A stretch of 64,000 nt of DNA from Mariprofundaceae bacterium. Lineage in GTDB: Bacteria; Pseudomonadota; Zetaproteobacteria; Mariprofundales; Mariprofundaceae. The position numbers and the translations under genes are program-made. The stretch lies in NCBI GenBank assembly GCA_032251395.1, contig JAVVEJ010000007.1, positions 3,662-67,661 of the forward strand, given 5' to 3'. The number at the start of each line of letters is the position of its first letter. Position 1 is the first letter of the stretch. This document shows positions 17,501-27,093 of the stretch, piece after piece. The notes under the pieces were generated by a model. It was not told where the DNA came from, ran no database searches, and was given only the letters and a program-made list of their open reading frames with translations.

Positions 17501-18346
17501 GTGATCACATGGATAGCCATCGCAAGCGGGGTCATCCTCCTGGCTCTGGCTGTTCTTATCGGGCAGGCCCGCGAAAGGTCCAGGGTGGGCCGGCTTGCAG
17601 GGGAGTTACAGAACGTATCCGGGCAAACGGCCGGGCCGGTTGCATTCTCTTCCTTTGCAGAACTGCCGCCTCCCGTCGCCCGCTATTTCAGACATGTGCT
17701 GACGGACGGGCAGCAATACATTAAGAGAGCAAAAATTCGTCAGGCCGGTCTGTTGCGCACAGGTACGGGAAGCAGCCGCTGGTTCCCGTTTACTGCATAT
17801 CAAATCATTGCGCCAGCCGCTCCGGGTTTCGTCTGGAATGCCAGGGTTATAATGCCACTGGCCACCCACATACGTGTTCTGGACAGCTACACTGCCGGTG
17901 TTGGTGCCGGCCGGGTAAGTCTGTTATCCGCCTTTGCCGTGGCCTCGGAGTCCGGCCTGCCGGAGCTCAACTCGGGGGCTTTACACAGGTACCTGGCCGA
18001 GGCGGTCTGGTATCCAACATCCCTCCTGCCTCAGTCCGGAGTGCGGTGGACACCGATCAATGACGGGGCGGCGCTGGCAACACTGACGGACAGGGGCACG
18101 ACGGTGTCACTGGAGTTCAGATTCAACAGCGCCGGGGAGGTTACGGGGGTATACAGCCCCGGTCGCTTCGGCAAATTCGACGGCGAATACAGGCAGGCAG
18201 CATGGGAAGGGCAGATGCGGAATTATGAGCTACACTCGGGCATGCGCGTCCCGGCATATGGCGAGGTCGGCTGGTATGCCGCCGGAACATGGCAGGCAGT
18301 CTGGAAAGGAGACCTTGTCGATGTGCAATACGAGTTTTCCCCGTAA
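17501..18346 (+). CDS. membrane-anchored hypothetical protein (DUF6544-like?)
   Basis: ORF-track entry 17414..18346. The likely start is GTG at 17501 after AGGAAAG. N-terminal TM helix (ITWIAIASGVILLALAVLIG). The LPPPVARYFRHV motif is reminiscent of DUF6544. Confidence 0.45.
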   Translation: MITWIAIASGVILLALAVLIGQARERSRVGRLAGELQNVSGQTAGPVAFSSFAELPPPVARYFRHVLTDGQQYIKRAKIRQAGLLRTGTGSSRWFPFTAYQIIAPAAPGFVWNARVIMPLATHIRVLDSYTAGVGAGRVSLLSAFAVASESGLPELNSGALHRYLAEAVWYPTSLLPQSGVRWTPINDGAALATLTDRGTTVSLEFRFNSAGEVTGVYSPGRFGKFDGEYRQAAWEGQMRNYELHSGMRVPAYGEVGWYAAGTWQAVWKGDLVDVQYEFSP

Positions 18347-18575
18347 ATCACACGCTTGCCGGGCCACTGCACCCGAGCAGAAGTTCCGGCCAGCCGCTTA
18401 TCCTGCACAGAAGATTGTCCGCTAAATATCTTGCCGGCTTCTTTGCATGCCAGGCGCTTCATCATCAGCAACGGCAATGATGACTGCATTACTAATACCA
18501 GCCGTTAGCTGCGAAGGAGTAGCCGGGTATCAGGCTCCTCTTTCATTTATTACTCTCTAACCGTACCTTTTCGGA

Positions 18576-19133
18576 ATGCGTTTACCTGAAGCCGTACTTC
18601 TTGATCGTGACGGAGTGATCAACTTCGATTCACCCGACTATATTCTTACGCCTGAGCAGTGGAAGCCGATTCCCGGCAGTCCTGAAGCGATTGCACGATT
18701 GACCCGCGCCGGCATTCCCGTAGCCATCTGCAGCAATCAGTCCGGCCTTGGGCGTGGGATGATGAATGAAGAGCTCTTCCATGCCATTCATGCCAAGATG
18801 CTGCTGGCCATTGAAGAGGCCGGAGGCATGCTCACACACTCGGCTTACTGCCCGCACAGCCCGGAAGAGAAATGCAGCTGCCGCAAGCCGCTTCCCGGCC
18901 TGATTCTCGAGGCGCTGGATGCGCTGGATGTAAAGGCGAACGAAGCCCTGATGATTGGTGACTCCACCCGCGATATCGAGGCAGCCTGTGCTGCCGGTGT
19001 GGATTCGATACTGGTACAGACCGGTTACGGTAATGCCGAAATGATTCTGCAGCGCTGCCTGGTCATCAACCCGAAAATAAAAGCCTTCCCAGATCTGGCT
19101 ACTGCTGTGGATTCGCTTCTCGGAGGGCATTGA
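18576..19133 (+). CDS. gmhB: D-glycero-beta-D-manno-heptose-1,7-bisphosphate 7-phosphatase (HAD-IIIA)
   Basis: 185 aa. LLDRDGVIN catalytic motif and the CPHSPEEKCSCRKPLPG zinc-binding loop typical of GmhB. Confidence 0.8.
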   Translation: MRLPEAVLLDRDGVINFDSPDYILTPEQWKPIPGSPEAIARLTRAGIPVAICSNQSGLGRGMMNEELFHAIHAKMLLAIEEAGGMLTHSAYCPHSPEEKCSCRKPLPGLILEALDALDVKANEALMIGDSTRDIEAACAAGVDSILVQTGYGNAEMILQRCLVINPKIKAFPDLATAVDSLLGGH

Positions 19134-19849
19134 TGCTGGTTGTCCGCTCCGCCCTGTTCAATCTCTTCTTTTTTATTCTGACACCGCTCTTCTCAGTCAT
19201 GGTGCTGTTGTTCCGCCCGTTCGGTTTTTCCGCCTCGTGGTTCTGGGCAAAGCTATGGTCGAAAACACTGCTTGGCCTGGCACGCGCTATCTGCGGAATC
19301 AAAGTGGAAATTGAAGGCCAGGAACATTTTCCGGATGAGGCATGTGTCGTCATCGCCAAGCATCAATCGGCCATGGAGACCATTGCCATGCCGACACTCG
19401 TCCCTCCATACGCATGGATTCTCAAACGTGAACTTTTCTATATTCCGATCTTCGGATGGGCACTGGCGGCTATGGGAACAATCGCCATCCGCCGGGGCAA
19501 CCCCAGAGAGGCGATCAAGCAGGTGATTGAGCAGGGCAAAGAGAGGCTGGAGGAGAATCGCTGGGTGGTGATCTTTCCGGAGGGAACCCGCTCGGCGGTT
19601 GGAACTACCGGCAATTATCAGCCCGGCGGTATCGTTGTTGCACAGAAGGCGGAGGCCGCCATCCTGCCTATGGCGCACAATGCCGGCGCCCACTGGCCCA
19701 AACGCGGGTTCATCAAAAAGCCCGGTACGGTCACCTTTCGTTTCCTGCCATTGATTCCGGCGGAAACCGTAGCCAATACCAAACGCAACGATCTGCTGGA
19801 GAACCTTAAAGAACAGATTGAGAGCAACACCCGCGAATTAGGTGGGTAG
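19133..19849 (+). CDS. plsC: 1-acyl-sn-glycerol-3-phosphate acyltransferase
   Basis: Motifs KHQSAMET (Hx4D-like block) and FPEGTRS. The ATG overlaps the gmhB stop (TGATG). Confidence 0.8.
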   Translation: MLVVRSALFNLFFFILTPLFSVMVLLFRPFGFSASWFWAKLWSKTLLGLARAICGIKVEIEGQEHFPDEACVVIAKHQSAMETIAMPTLVPPYAWILKRELFYIPIFGWALAAMGTIAIRRGNPREAIKQVIEQGKERLEENRWVVIFPEGTRSAVGTTGNYQPGGIVVAQKAEAAILPMAHNAGAHWPKRGFIKKPGTVTFRFLPLIPAETVANTKRNDLLENLKEQIESNTRELGG

Positions 19850-19855
19850 GTCTTA

Positions 19856-20102
19856 ACCACAAAGGCACTGAGACATGACCCTTGGACAATAAGGCAGGAG
19901 CCGTTTGAACGCGCAATGCGCGCCTGTAAGGCGAGAGGGCCAAGGATGGGCCGAATTAAATCCTCGACGGGGGACAAAGATAAAGACAATAGTACTCTTC
20001 ACTTCGTGCTTCTTCCCCGGTCTTTAACGCTCTTCAAAGGTGATGCTCAGTATTCTTACTCTGTACCTTTTTGTTTTCTTCGTGCCTCTGTGTCTCTGTG
20101 GT
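19856..20102. repeat. MITE-like 247-bp element with imperfect terminal inverted repeats (block R2)
   Basis: The ends are accacaaaggcactgagacatg and cgtgcctctgtgtctctgtggt, which match at about 17/22 positions when reverse-complemented (hand alignment). The interior contains units shared with other blocks (acccttgga..., aaatcctcgacggggga). Confidence 0.5.
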
Positions 20103-20112
20103 AAAAAAGGTT

Positions 20113-20457
20113 TTACAGGATGCCGAGAACTGATTCCGGCGGACGACCCACTGCAGCCCTGTCGCCATTGACCACGATCGGACGTTCGATCACTTTCGGA
20201 TACTGCACCATCAGGCTGATGGCATCGGCACGCGACAGATCATGCCCCGCAAAATGCTGCTTGTACTCTTCCTCACCTTTACGCATTAACTCTTCGGGTT
20301 GTTTGCCGAGCCTGGCAAGTATGCCCTCCAGCTCGGCTTCGCTCGGCGGCGAAGTCAGATACTCGATGATATCCGGCTCAATGCCCCGCTCCTCGATCAG
20401 CGCAAGCGTCTGGCGGGATTTTGAACAGCGGGGATTATGGTAGATGGTGACGGTCAC
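20113..20457 (-). CDS. arsC: arsenate reductase, glutaredoxin-type ArsC family
   Basis: 114 aa. TIYHNPRCSKSRQTL and ERPIVV align closely with E. coli ArsC as I recall it. Confidence 0.8.
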   Translation of the reverse strand: MTVTIYHNPRCSKSRQTLALIEERGIEPDIIEYLTSPPSEAELEGILARLGKQPEELMRKGEEEYKQHFAGHDLSRADAISLMVQYPKVIERPIVVNGDRAAVGRPPESVLGIL

Positions 20458-20539
20458 ATATCTCTCCTTTAAATCATGCGGGCATGGCTATAATGGGCGT
20501 CCGTTTCTCTTTTTCAAGCCGTGGAGGTTACTGGCGGGC

Positions 20540-21385
20540 ATGCTCAACAGATTATTCACAGCCATCGGGGCAATACTGCTGCTGACATGCCATGTTCATG
20601 CTGCTGACAATGTAACCAGCGACCCTGCGTTTACCGACCGGATTTCAGCCTATAAACAGAACTACCTGCTGCTCTACACCCACAATGGCAACAACAACTA
20701 TCAGCAGATCTATGGCCCCGCAGTGGGAGCTCAATATCGCCACGAAGAGGTAAAGTTTCAGATCAGCCTGCAGGGTAAAGTCTGGGAGAATGATGCGTTT
20801 GACGTTGGCATGGCCTATACCCAGCAGTCGCATTGGCAGCTGTTCAGCAAACCGCTCTCCTCCCCTTTCAGGGAGAGTAATTTTGAACCGGAGATGTTTA
20901 TCAAATGGAAAAATGCTCCCGGACCTGAAGGATTCAGAACCAATTACCGGTTCGGATTCGATCACCACTCCAACGGTCAGTCAGATCCGCTCTCCAGAAG
21001 CTGGAACCGCCTGTATGGGGAAATTCAGCTGACAAAACCGGGTTCCGCACACGATCAGAAGAGCCCTTACTATATGGCGCTGAAGACGTGGCTGCGCATT
21101 CCTGAAAAAGCTGCCAATGATAACAATCCCGATATCACCAAATATTATGGCTATTGGGAGTTCAATGGCCGGCTGACCAATGGCAACCACCGTTATCACC
21201 TGATGCTGCGAAACAACCTTCACACGAAAAACAACAGGGGTGCGGTGCAGCTGGACTGGAGCTGGAAGGTCTCCGAGGAGTTCGACACCTACGTGCAACT
21301 CTTCCACGGTTACGGAGAGAGCCTGATCGAATACAATCACAAAAATACCCGTATCGGGGCAGGAATCCTTCTGACCAATTGGTAG
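20540..21385 (+). CDS. pldA: outer-membrane phospholipase A1
   Basis: Signal peptide MLNRLFTAIGAILLLTCHVHAA from the ATG at 20540 (SD GGAGG). YKQNYLLLYT and the catalytic HHSNGQ motif. Confidence 0.85.
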   Translation: MLNRLFTAIGAILLLTCHVHAADNVTSDPAFTDRISAYKQNYLLLYTHNGNNNYQQIYGPAVGAQYRHEEVKFQISLQGKVWENDAFDVGMAYTQQSHWQLFSKPLSSPFRESNFEPEMFIKWKNAPGPEGFRTNYRFGFDHHSNGQSDPLSRSWNRLYGEIQLTKPGSAHDQKSPYYMALKTWLRIPEKAANDNNPDITKYYGYWEFNGRLTNGNHRYHLMLRNNLHTKNNRGAVQLDWSWKVSEEFDTYVQLFHGYGESLIEYNHKNTRIGAGILLTNW

Positions 21386-21495
21386 GGGGGGATGATTGAT
21401 ACGGGATGCGGGCTTGATTCGGAACTCTCCCGTCGGGGATTTAATTCGGGCCATCCATGTACGGGAGGAGCTTCTTCCATGGGTGGCAGGAGCTT
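21386..21495. repeat. hairpin repeat block R3
   Basis: Contains ctcccgtcggggatttaattcgggccatccatgtacggg, the reverse complement of units in 19941..19968 and 27535..27560. It also contains cttccatgggtgg. Confidence 0.6.
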
Positions 21496-23598
21496 TTAAA
21501 ATGGCACCAGCGAAGCGTACTTGAGCATCAGCCGTTTAATGCCGACATTTCTGAACTGCACGGTAACGCGTATGGCATCACCGCCGCCTTCAAGCCCGAG
21601 AATGACACCCTCACCGAAGGTCGGGTGCATCACACTGCTGCCAATATCACAGCCCGACTCGCCGGTTGATGCAGATGCAACGGGCACAGCACTCTCCGGC
21701 TGCTTCAGCACGTCCGGGCCAAGCCTGGCAATAAAGCGGCTCGGATGCGGGTAGTTCATATCGCCAAACACACGGCGGACGCGGGCCGAGGTAAGCAGCA
21801 ACGCCTTTTTGGCGCGGGTGATGCCGACATAGAGCAGCCTGCGCTCCTCGGCAATGCCCGACTCACCCTCATCCAGTGACCGCTGATGCGGCAGCAGCCC
21901 ATCCTCAACACCGGCCAGCACCACCGTATCAAACTCAAGCCCTTTGGCCCGATGCAGGCTCATCAATGAAATACGGTTATCATCATCCTGCTCATCGCCA
22001 TTCAGATCCTCACCGCTCTGCAGCAGAGCAGCCCGATCCATAAACTCAATCGGCGTAACGCCTTCGAGCATGGTCATCTCGATGGCTCCCTGCAGCGCCC
22101 GTATATTCTCGATGCGTGACTCCGACTCCACCTGACCCAGCGCCTTCAGACTCTCCAGATAACCACTCTCCTCCAGCAGCTCGCCCAACCCCAGATCCGG
22201 CATCTCTGCACTCCGCTGCCGCAGCTCAACCATCAATGCCGCAAGCGGCTCAAGCTTTCCGGCCGGCCCCTCTCCTGCACCCCCCGCCAGCAGATCCAGC
22301 CAGTCGGAGGCACGCATACCACTTGCCGCCAGTTGTGCGGCAACACTCTCCTGACCCTTTAATCCCAGGCCCCGCTTCGGCCTGTTGCAGATGCGCAGCA
22401 GGTGCATCGCGTCGGCACAGCGGTTGAGCACGGCCCAATAGGCCAGCGCATCCTTGATCTCCATCCGCTCAAAGAAGCCCACGCCGCCCACAATCCGGTA
22501 GGGCATATCCTCCTCACGCAGAATCTGCTCCATCGCCAGCGACTGGCGGTTTGATCGGTAGAGCACCGCCATATCACGCCATGCCACACCCTGCAGATGC
22601 CGCCGGTTGAGGAAGCCGCAGATCTTTCTGGCTTCATCGTACTCATCGTTACAGACCAGCCACTCCGGCATGTCACCCTCACCACGGGTCGCAGCCAGCT
22701 TCTTCTCATGCCGATCCGAATTGGCCTCAATCACGGCATTGGCCAGCCTCAGGATCGCACCGCTGGAGCGGTAGTTCTCCTCCAGCTTATGCACTCCGGC
22801 GCCACTCCAGGTTTGCTCAAAATCGAGAATGTGACTGATGTCCGCGCCGCGCCAGCCATAGATGCTCTGATCATCATCACCCACCACGGTAAGATTATGG
22901 TGTTCCGAACAGAGCAGGGTCAGCCACTCATGCTGAACCGGATTGGTATCCTGATACTCATCGACCAGCACATGATCGAAACGGCTGCGTATGGCGGCGG
23001 CAATATCGGCCTGCTCGCGAAGCAGCACAACGCAGTTGAGAATCAGATCGGAAAAGTCCATCCGCTCCAGCCGTTTCAACTCATGCTGATAGGCCATATA
23101 GAGTTCGCGCAGGTCAATGTTGTTCCAGAGCTGCCCGGGTGCCTGCTCAGGCAGCATGCCGGCATGCTTGCAGTGCTCGATCCAGCTGAGCAGATAACCG
23201 GGATGCAGTTTTTCGGAATCGATATTGCGGCCCTTCAATACCCGTTTGATCAGGGTTTTCTGATCATCCGCATCGAGTACCTGGAATGAACGCGGATAAC
23301 CAAGTGCATCGGCATAGCGGCGCAGCATTCGAAGCGAGATGGAATGGAATGTCCCGGAGATTACGCCGCCGCCATCATCGCCAATCAGGCCGGCAAGCCT
23401 CTCTTTCAGCTCTCCGGCAGCCTTATTGGTAAAGGTGACCGCCAGAATACGGTGCGGTGCATAACCCCGCTCGGCAATCAGATGGCCGATTCGATGCACA
23501 ATGGTGCGGGTTTTTCCGGAACCGGCTCCGGCCAGAATCAGTTGCGGACCATCGCCCGCCTCAACCGCCTTTTTCTGCGCCTGGTTTAATTCAAACAC
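21496..23598 (-). CDS. ATP-dependent DNA helicase, UvrD/PcrA/Rep family
   Basis: 700 aa. Walker A AGAGSGKT, DEYQDTN, and a C-terminal GxxVxHxxFGxG Tudor-like tail (VMHPTFGEGVI). Confidence 0.9.
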   Translation of the reverse strand: MFELNQAQKKAVEAGDGPQLILAGAGSGKTRTIVHRIGHLIAERGYAPHRILAVTFTNKAAGELKERLAGLIGDDGGGVISGTFHSISLRMLRRYADALGYPRSFQVLDADDQKTLIKRVLKGRNIDSEKLHPGYLLSWIEHCKHAGMLPEQAPGQLWNNIDLRELYMAYQHELKRLERMDFSDLILNCVVLLREQADIAAAIRSRFDHVLVDEYQDTNPVQHEWLTLLCSEHHNLTVVGDDDQSIYGWRGADISHILDFEQTWSGAGVHKLEENYRSSGAILRLANAVIEANSDRHEKKLAATRGEGDMPEWLVCNDEYDEARKICGFLNRRHLQGVAWRDMAVLYRSNRQSLAMEQILREEDMPYRIVGGVGFFERMEIKDALAYWAVLNRCADAMHLLRICNRPKRGLGLKGQESVAAQLAASGMRASDWLDLLAGGAGEGPAGKLEPLAALMVELRQRSAEMPDLGLGELLEESGYLESLKALGQVESESRIENIRALQGAIEMTMLEGVTPIEFMDRAALLQSGEDLNGDEQDDDNRISLMSLHRAKGLEFDTVVLAGVEDGLLPHQRSLDEGESGIAEERRLLYVGITRAKKALLLTSARVRRVFGDMNYPHPSRFIARLGPDVLKQPESAVPVASASTGESGCDIGSSVMHPTFGEGVILGLEGGGDAIRVTVQFRNVGIKRLMLKYASLVPF

Positions 23599-23869
23599 CG
23601 GCTACAACTCCACCCATGGAAGGGTGGCGGTCGAACATCGTGAGTCCGTAAGCGGAGCAAGACCGACACCATTCTTCAGGACTGAAGAATTGGACGCCTG
23701 AAAGGCGCAGCAGAGCTGAGCGAGGCAAGGAGCCGAGCATCACTCTTGCGCAGCGATCAAAGGCGAAGGGCATGACAAATCGGCAGGAGAGTCGATTTGG
23801 ACGGTCTTTCCGCCCGCAGGGTGAGGGGCATGGATGCCCCGAATCAAGCCGCAGGCCGTATCCACACAA
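23599..23869. repeat. hairpin repeat block R4
   Basis: The inverted unit at 23610..23664 matches 12059..12111. Palindrome attcttcag-ga-ctgaagaat at 23671..23690. Unit gacaaatcggcaggagagtcgatttggacgg plus ccgcccgcagggtgaggggcatggatgccccgaatca at 23774..23846. Confidence 0.75.
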
Positions 23870-25696
23870 TCATACATGCGTATGGTCTGACGCCTCGCCA
23901 TGTTTGACGATCAGTTTGTGATAGGTGGCAAAAACAGCATTGCGGGAAAGTATCCCCAGCACCCGGCGCGGTTCATCCGCGGCCACCACCGGCATCTGTT
24001 CAAACTCCTCCCGATCCATTACACGAATCACATCCAGCAGGCTCCCCTTCTCGGAGACGGTCTGCACATGCCGGTTGGCCACTTCCGCCGCCACAACGAT
24101 ATGGTCCAGTGTCGGATCAAGCAGCCACTCCTTCAGATCCTCAAAGGTTACAATGCCGACCATCAGGCCATCATCATCAGTCACCTGAACACACCCTTTG
24201 CCGAGTGAGATAAAGACCCTTTTCAACTCCTCCAGCCGGGCATGTTCCGACACGGCAGGAATGGCCCGCCATGGAATTCTCCGGATAGGGACGGCCCGCA
24301 TCCATGATCGCTCCAGCCCCCATCCGGTTTCAATACCCTTGGCCTCCAGTGACTCGGTAATCACCGATTCAGGCCCAAACGCACGCTTCACCAGTGCGGC
24401 CACAACGCAGGCTGCCATCAACGGCACCATGATATGGTAATCCCCGGAGAGTTCGAAAATCATAAGAATGGTACTCATCGGTGCCTGCACGGTTGCCGCC
24501 AGCAGAGCACCACAGCCGACCAGCGCATAGGCGCCGAAGGTCTCCGAATATTCGGGGAAAAAGCCGTGCGCAATATATCCGTAGAGTGCGCCGGCAGTAG
24601 CGCCAATAAAGAGCGACGGACCGATCATGCCGCCACCGAAGCTGCCTGCCGAACAGATGATGCTGGTTGCCACCTTGCCCACCAGAAGAATGGCAAGAAA
24701 AAGGGTGAGCGGAATCGTCCAGCCCAGACTGTCCGAGAGAATCTGTTCCAGCAGAATAGAGCTGACCGTACCATAACCGATCGACATAATCTCCGGCAGA
24801 AATATTGCCACACAGCCCAGAATAAGCCCGGCCACAGCCGGTCTGAGCAGACTGTTTTTCACCCGCTTTTCAAATTGTGCACGAACTTTTGGCAACAGTT
24901 TTATAATGAATGCTGCGATCAATCCGCAGAATACGCCCAGCCCGATATAGGCAGGAATCTCCCAGCCGGATACCAGCTCAAACTTCGGGATGGCAAAGCC
25001 CGGATAGTTTCCAAGCTCTGACCGGGTAATCACCGTGGCAATAACCGAGGAGAGAACAATCGGCGTGAATGTCGCAACGGCATAGTCGGCAAGAATCACT
25101 TCAAGGGCAAAGAGCACACCGGCAATCGGTGCGTTAAATGAGGCGGCAATACCGGCCGCGACACCGCAGCCCAGCAGGGTGCGCATCCGCTTCTCATTAA
25201 GCCCCAGCTTCTGGCCCAGCAGTGAAGCCAGCGCAGCGCCCAGGGCCACCGTTGGCGCTTCACGGCCCATACTGGCACCGCTTCCCACAGCAATAACATT
25301 ACCGGCAAACTCGCCAATCATCTTTTTTCCGGAGATGCGTCCCCCACGTTCAGAGAGCGCTTCGATCACGCCCGGAATCACTCTGGCCTGCCCCTTTGGA
25401 ATCAGGTTGGTATTGACCCAGCCCACCAGCAGACCGCCGGTAACAGGCGCAATAATATAAAGATACCACGGGATGGCGCCAACCGCCTGAGACCATGTGC
25501 GCTCCCCGGTCCAGAGCTGGCTCACCTCTTCAATGCCGAGACGAAGAAAGAGCGCGCCATAACCGGCCAGTACACCGACAATCAGGGAGAGCATGCCCAG
25601 ATAGAGTGCATCCTGCCTGCGCAGCCAGCGGATACCCTCATGCAACCGCCCCCTGATTGGTGGCTTTTTCATGCCTTTCTCTTCTTCTTCACTCAT
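23870..25696 (-). CDS. ClC-family chloride channel/antiporter with C-terminal CBS pair
   Basis: Selectivity motifs GSGASMGREAP and GVLFALE, about 10 TM helices and a C-terminal CBS-like region. The start chosen is Met8 of ORF-track entry 23870..25717 and is uncertain. Confidence 0.85.
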   Translation of the reverse strand: MSEEEEKGMKKPPIRGRLHEGIRWLRRQDALYLGMLSLIVGVLAGYGALFLRLGIEEVSQLWTGERTWSQAVGAIPWYLYIIAPVTGGLLVGWVNTNLIPKGQARVIPGVIEALSERGGRISGKKMIGEFAGNVIAVGSGASMGREAPTVALGAALASLLGQKLGLNEKRMRTLLGCGVAAGIAASFNAPIAGVLFALEVILADYAVATFTPIVLSSVIATVITRSELGNYPGFAIPKFELVSGWEIPAYIGLGVFCGLIAAFIIKLLPKVRAQFEKRVKNSLLRPAVAGLILGCVAIFLPEIMSIGYGTVSSILLEQILSDSLGWTIPLTLFLAILLVGKVATSIICSAGSFGGGMIGPSLFIGATAGALYGYIAHGFFPEYSETFGAYALVGCGALLAATVQAPMSTILMIFELSGDYHIMVPLMAACVVAALVKRAFGPESVITESLEAKGIETGWGLERSWMRAVPIRRIPWRAIPAVSEHARLEELKRVFISLGKGCVQVTDDDGLMVGIVTFEDLKEWLLDPTLDHIVVAAEVANRHVQTVSEKGSLLDVIRVMDREEFEQMPVVAADEPRRVLGILSRNAVFATYHKLIVKHGEASDHTHV

Positions 25697-25776
25697 CGGG
25701 CAACATCCTGCTATCACTGCCCCTGTCGTAGCAACAGCTGATATCAGAGGTTTCGCTTTTCGGTTATGCTGCGGCC

Positions 25777-26709
25777 ATGTTTGCTATCCTTCTTGGCATG
25801 GCCGCAATTATTGCTGCCGGTCTGTTCTGGCGGCTCTTTTTAGGGGCTGAAAAGGCGGAACCGATTCGTGGCCATCTGGTTCGGGCCGTCTACGAAATTT
25901 TCCTGCCGGCACTTGTCCTGCACGTGATGTGGCAGGCAGAGGTCAGCCTCAACTCCATCCGCCTGCCGCTTGTCTCTTCGCTTGCCATTCTTCTCTCCCT
26001 GCTGGCCGCTTCGCTTGTCTACGCCGGCGGACAATGGTTGCCCGGCAATGCAACTCAGAAAAGGAAGGCCGCCGGAGCTCTGTTATTAGCTTCCAGCTTT
26101 GGCAACTTCACCTATCTGGGCCTGCCGGTACTGACTCAGACGTTCGGCCCATGGGCACAATCTGTCGCCATCTATTTCGATCTCTTCGCCAGCACGCCGT
26201 TGCTGTTTACGATTGGTATTCTTGTGGCCAGCCACTTCAGCCACGCCACCAGGGCTGCCCATGTCGGCATCGAACTGATTCGGGTGCCTGCATTGTGGGC
26301 GGCCGCTGCAGGGGTCCTGGCCAGTGCGTTTCACCTGCCCATGCCGGTCTGGCTGGATGAGACACTGGGCGTACTTGGCGCAGCCGTTGTGCCGTTGATG
26401 CTGCTATCGATCGGTATGGCGCTACGCTGGCAGTCCGGCTGGGCACGGCGAATCCCTATTCTCTTGCCAATGATCGTGATTCAGCTTGTTTTCATGCCGC
26501 TGGTGGTCTGGGGAGCCTGCATCGGTGTTGGCATGCCGGAGACCCTGCTCGCCCCGGCCATTATTGAGGGTGCGATGCCAACCATGGTGCTGGGCCTGGT
26601 GATCTGCGATCGGTTCAAGCTTGATACCAGCCTCTATGCCGAAGCGGTCACCGTCACCACCGCCCTGTCGTTATTGACCCTGCCCCTCTGGCTGGCGGTG
26701 GTTTCTTGA
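25777..26709 (+). CDS. AEC (auxin efflux carrier) family transporter
   Basis: 310-aa polytopic membrane protein. The two-halves topology and overall composition are typical of the AEC family. Confidence 0.7.
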   Translation: MFAILLGMAAIIAAGLFWRLFLGAEKAEPIRGHLVRAVYEIFLPALVLHVMWQAEVSLNSIRLPLVSSLAILLSLLAASLVYAGGQWLPGNATQKRKAAGALLLASSFGNFTYLGLPVLTQTFGPWAQSVAIYFDLFASTPLLFTIGILVASHFSHATRAAHVGIELIRVPALWAAAAGVLASAFHLPMPVWLDETLGVLGAAVVPLMLLSIGMALRWQSGWARRIPILLPMIVIQLVFMPLVVWGACIGVGMPETLLAPAIIEGAMPTMVLGLVICDRFKLDTSLYAEAVTVTTALSLLTLPLWLAVVS

Positions 26710-26760
26710 TTGGTCCGCAAAAGGCTCCTGCCTTTTGCTTCAATCGCTCCGGCGGCGCAT
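26710..26760. repeat. stop-codon-abutting hairpin unit (copy of 12007..12050)
   Basis: ttggtccgcaaaaggc-tcct-gccttttgcttcaatcgct compared with ttgacccgcaaaaggc-ttcct-gccttttgcttatatcgct after htpX. Both copies start directly after a stop codon. Confidence 0.7.
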
Positions 26761-26931
26761 GTCCGCCTACGCTTACGAGCTCATGATATTGACTCAGGCC
26801 ATCCAGACCTTCGCCCTGCGGGCGGCTTTCAGCCGTCCAAATCGACTCTCCTGCCGATTTGTCGCCGCCGCACAAGGTGAATTGCGCAGAGCGCAAGAGA
26901 AGGTGCCCTGGGGTACATCCATGTGCGGGAA
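26761..26931. repeat. left arm of long inverted repeat
   Basis: 26761..26925 is the exact reverse complement of 27310..27474 (165/165, checked block by block). The match extends to 171 bp with one mismatch. Confidence 0.95.
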
Positions 26932-27032
26932 GGTTGTTTCCTAACCCGCTTGCAGATGTGCCGAGGTGTTTGGTTCAAAACGGATAAAATGCAACATACG
27001 TTTAAACAGAGTCCTGTTTTCTCTTCTTATGT

Positions 27033-27061
27033 TTGTGACCTCGTAAACAGACGTCTACAAT
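27033..27061 (+). promoter_or_regulatory. candidate sigma70 promoter of the Cys-rich mini-gene
   Basis: TTGTGA (27033..27038), a 17-nt spacer, then TACAAT (27056..27061). It lies about 33 nt upstream of the ATG. Confidence 0.4.
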
Positions 27062-27093
27062 CAATAGACAACGTTACGCTAAGGAGATTTATT

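Noticed and set aside
26654-26944. ORFs 26654..26896(-) and 26735..26944(+), mirrored by 27252..27590(+) and 27285..27602(-), which give identical peptides
   Set aside because: The identical peptides are a direct consequence of the 165-bp inverted repeat. The ORFs lie in hairpin-repeat DNA and have no SD. They are not genes.
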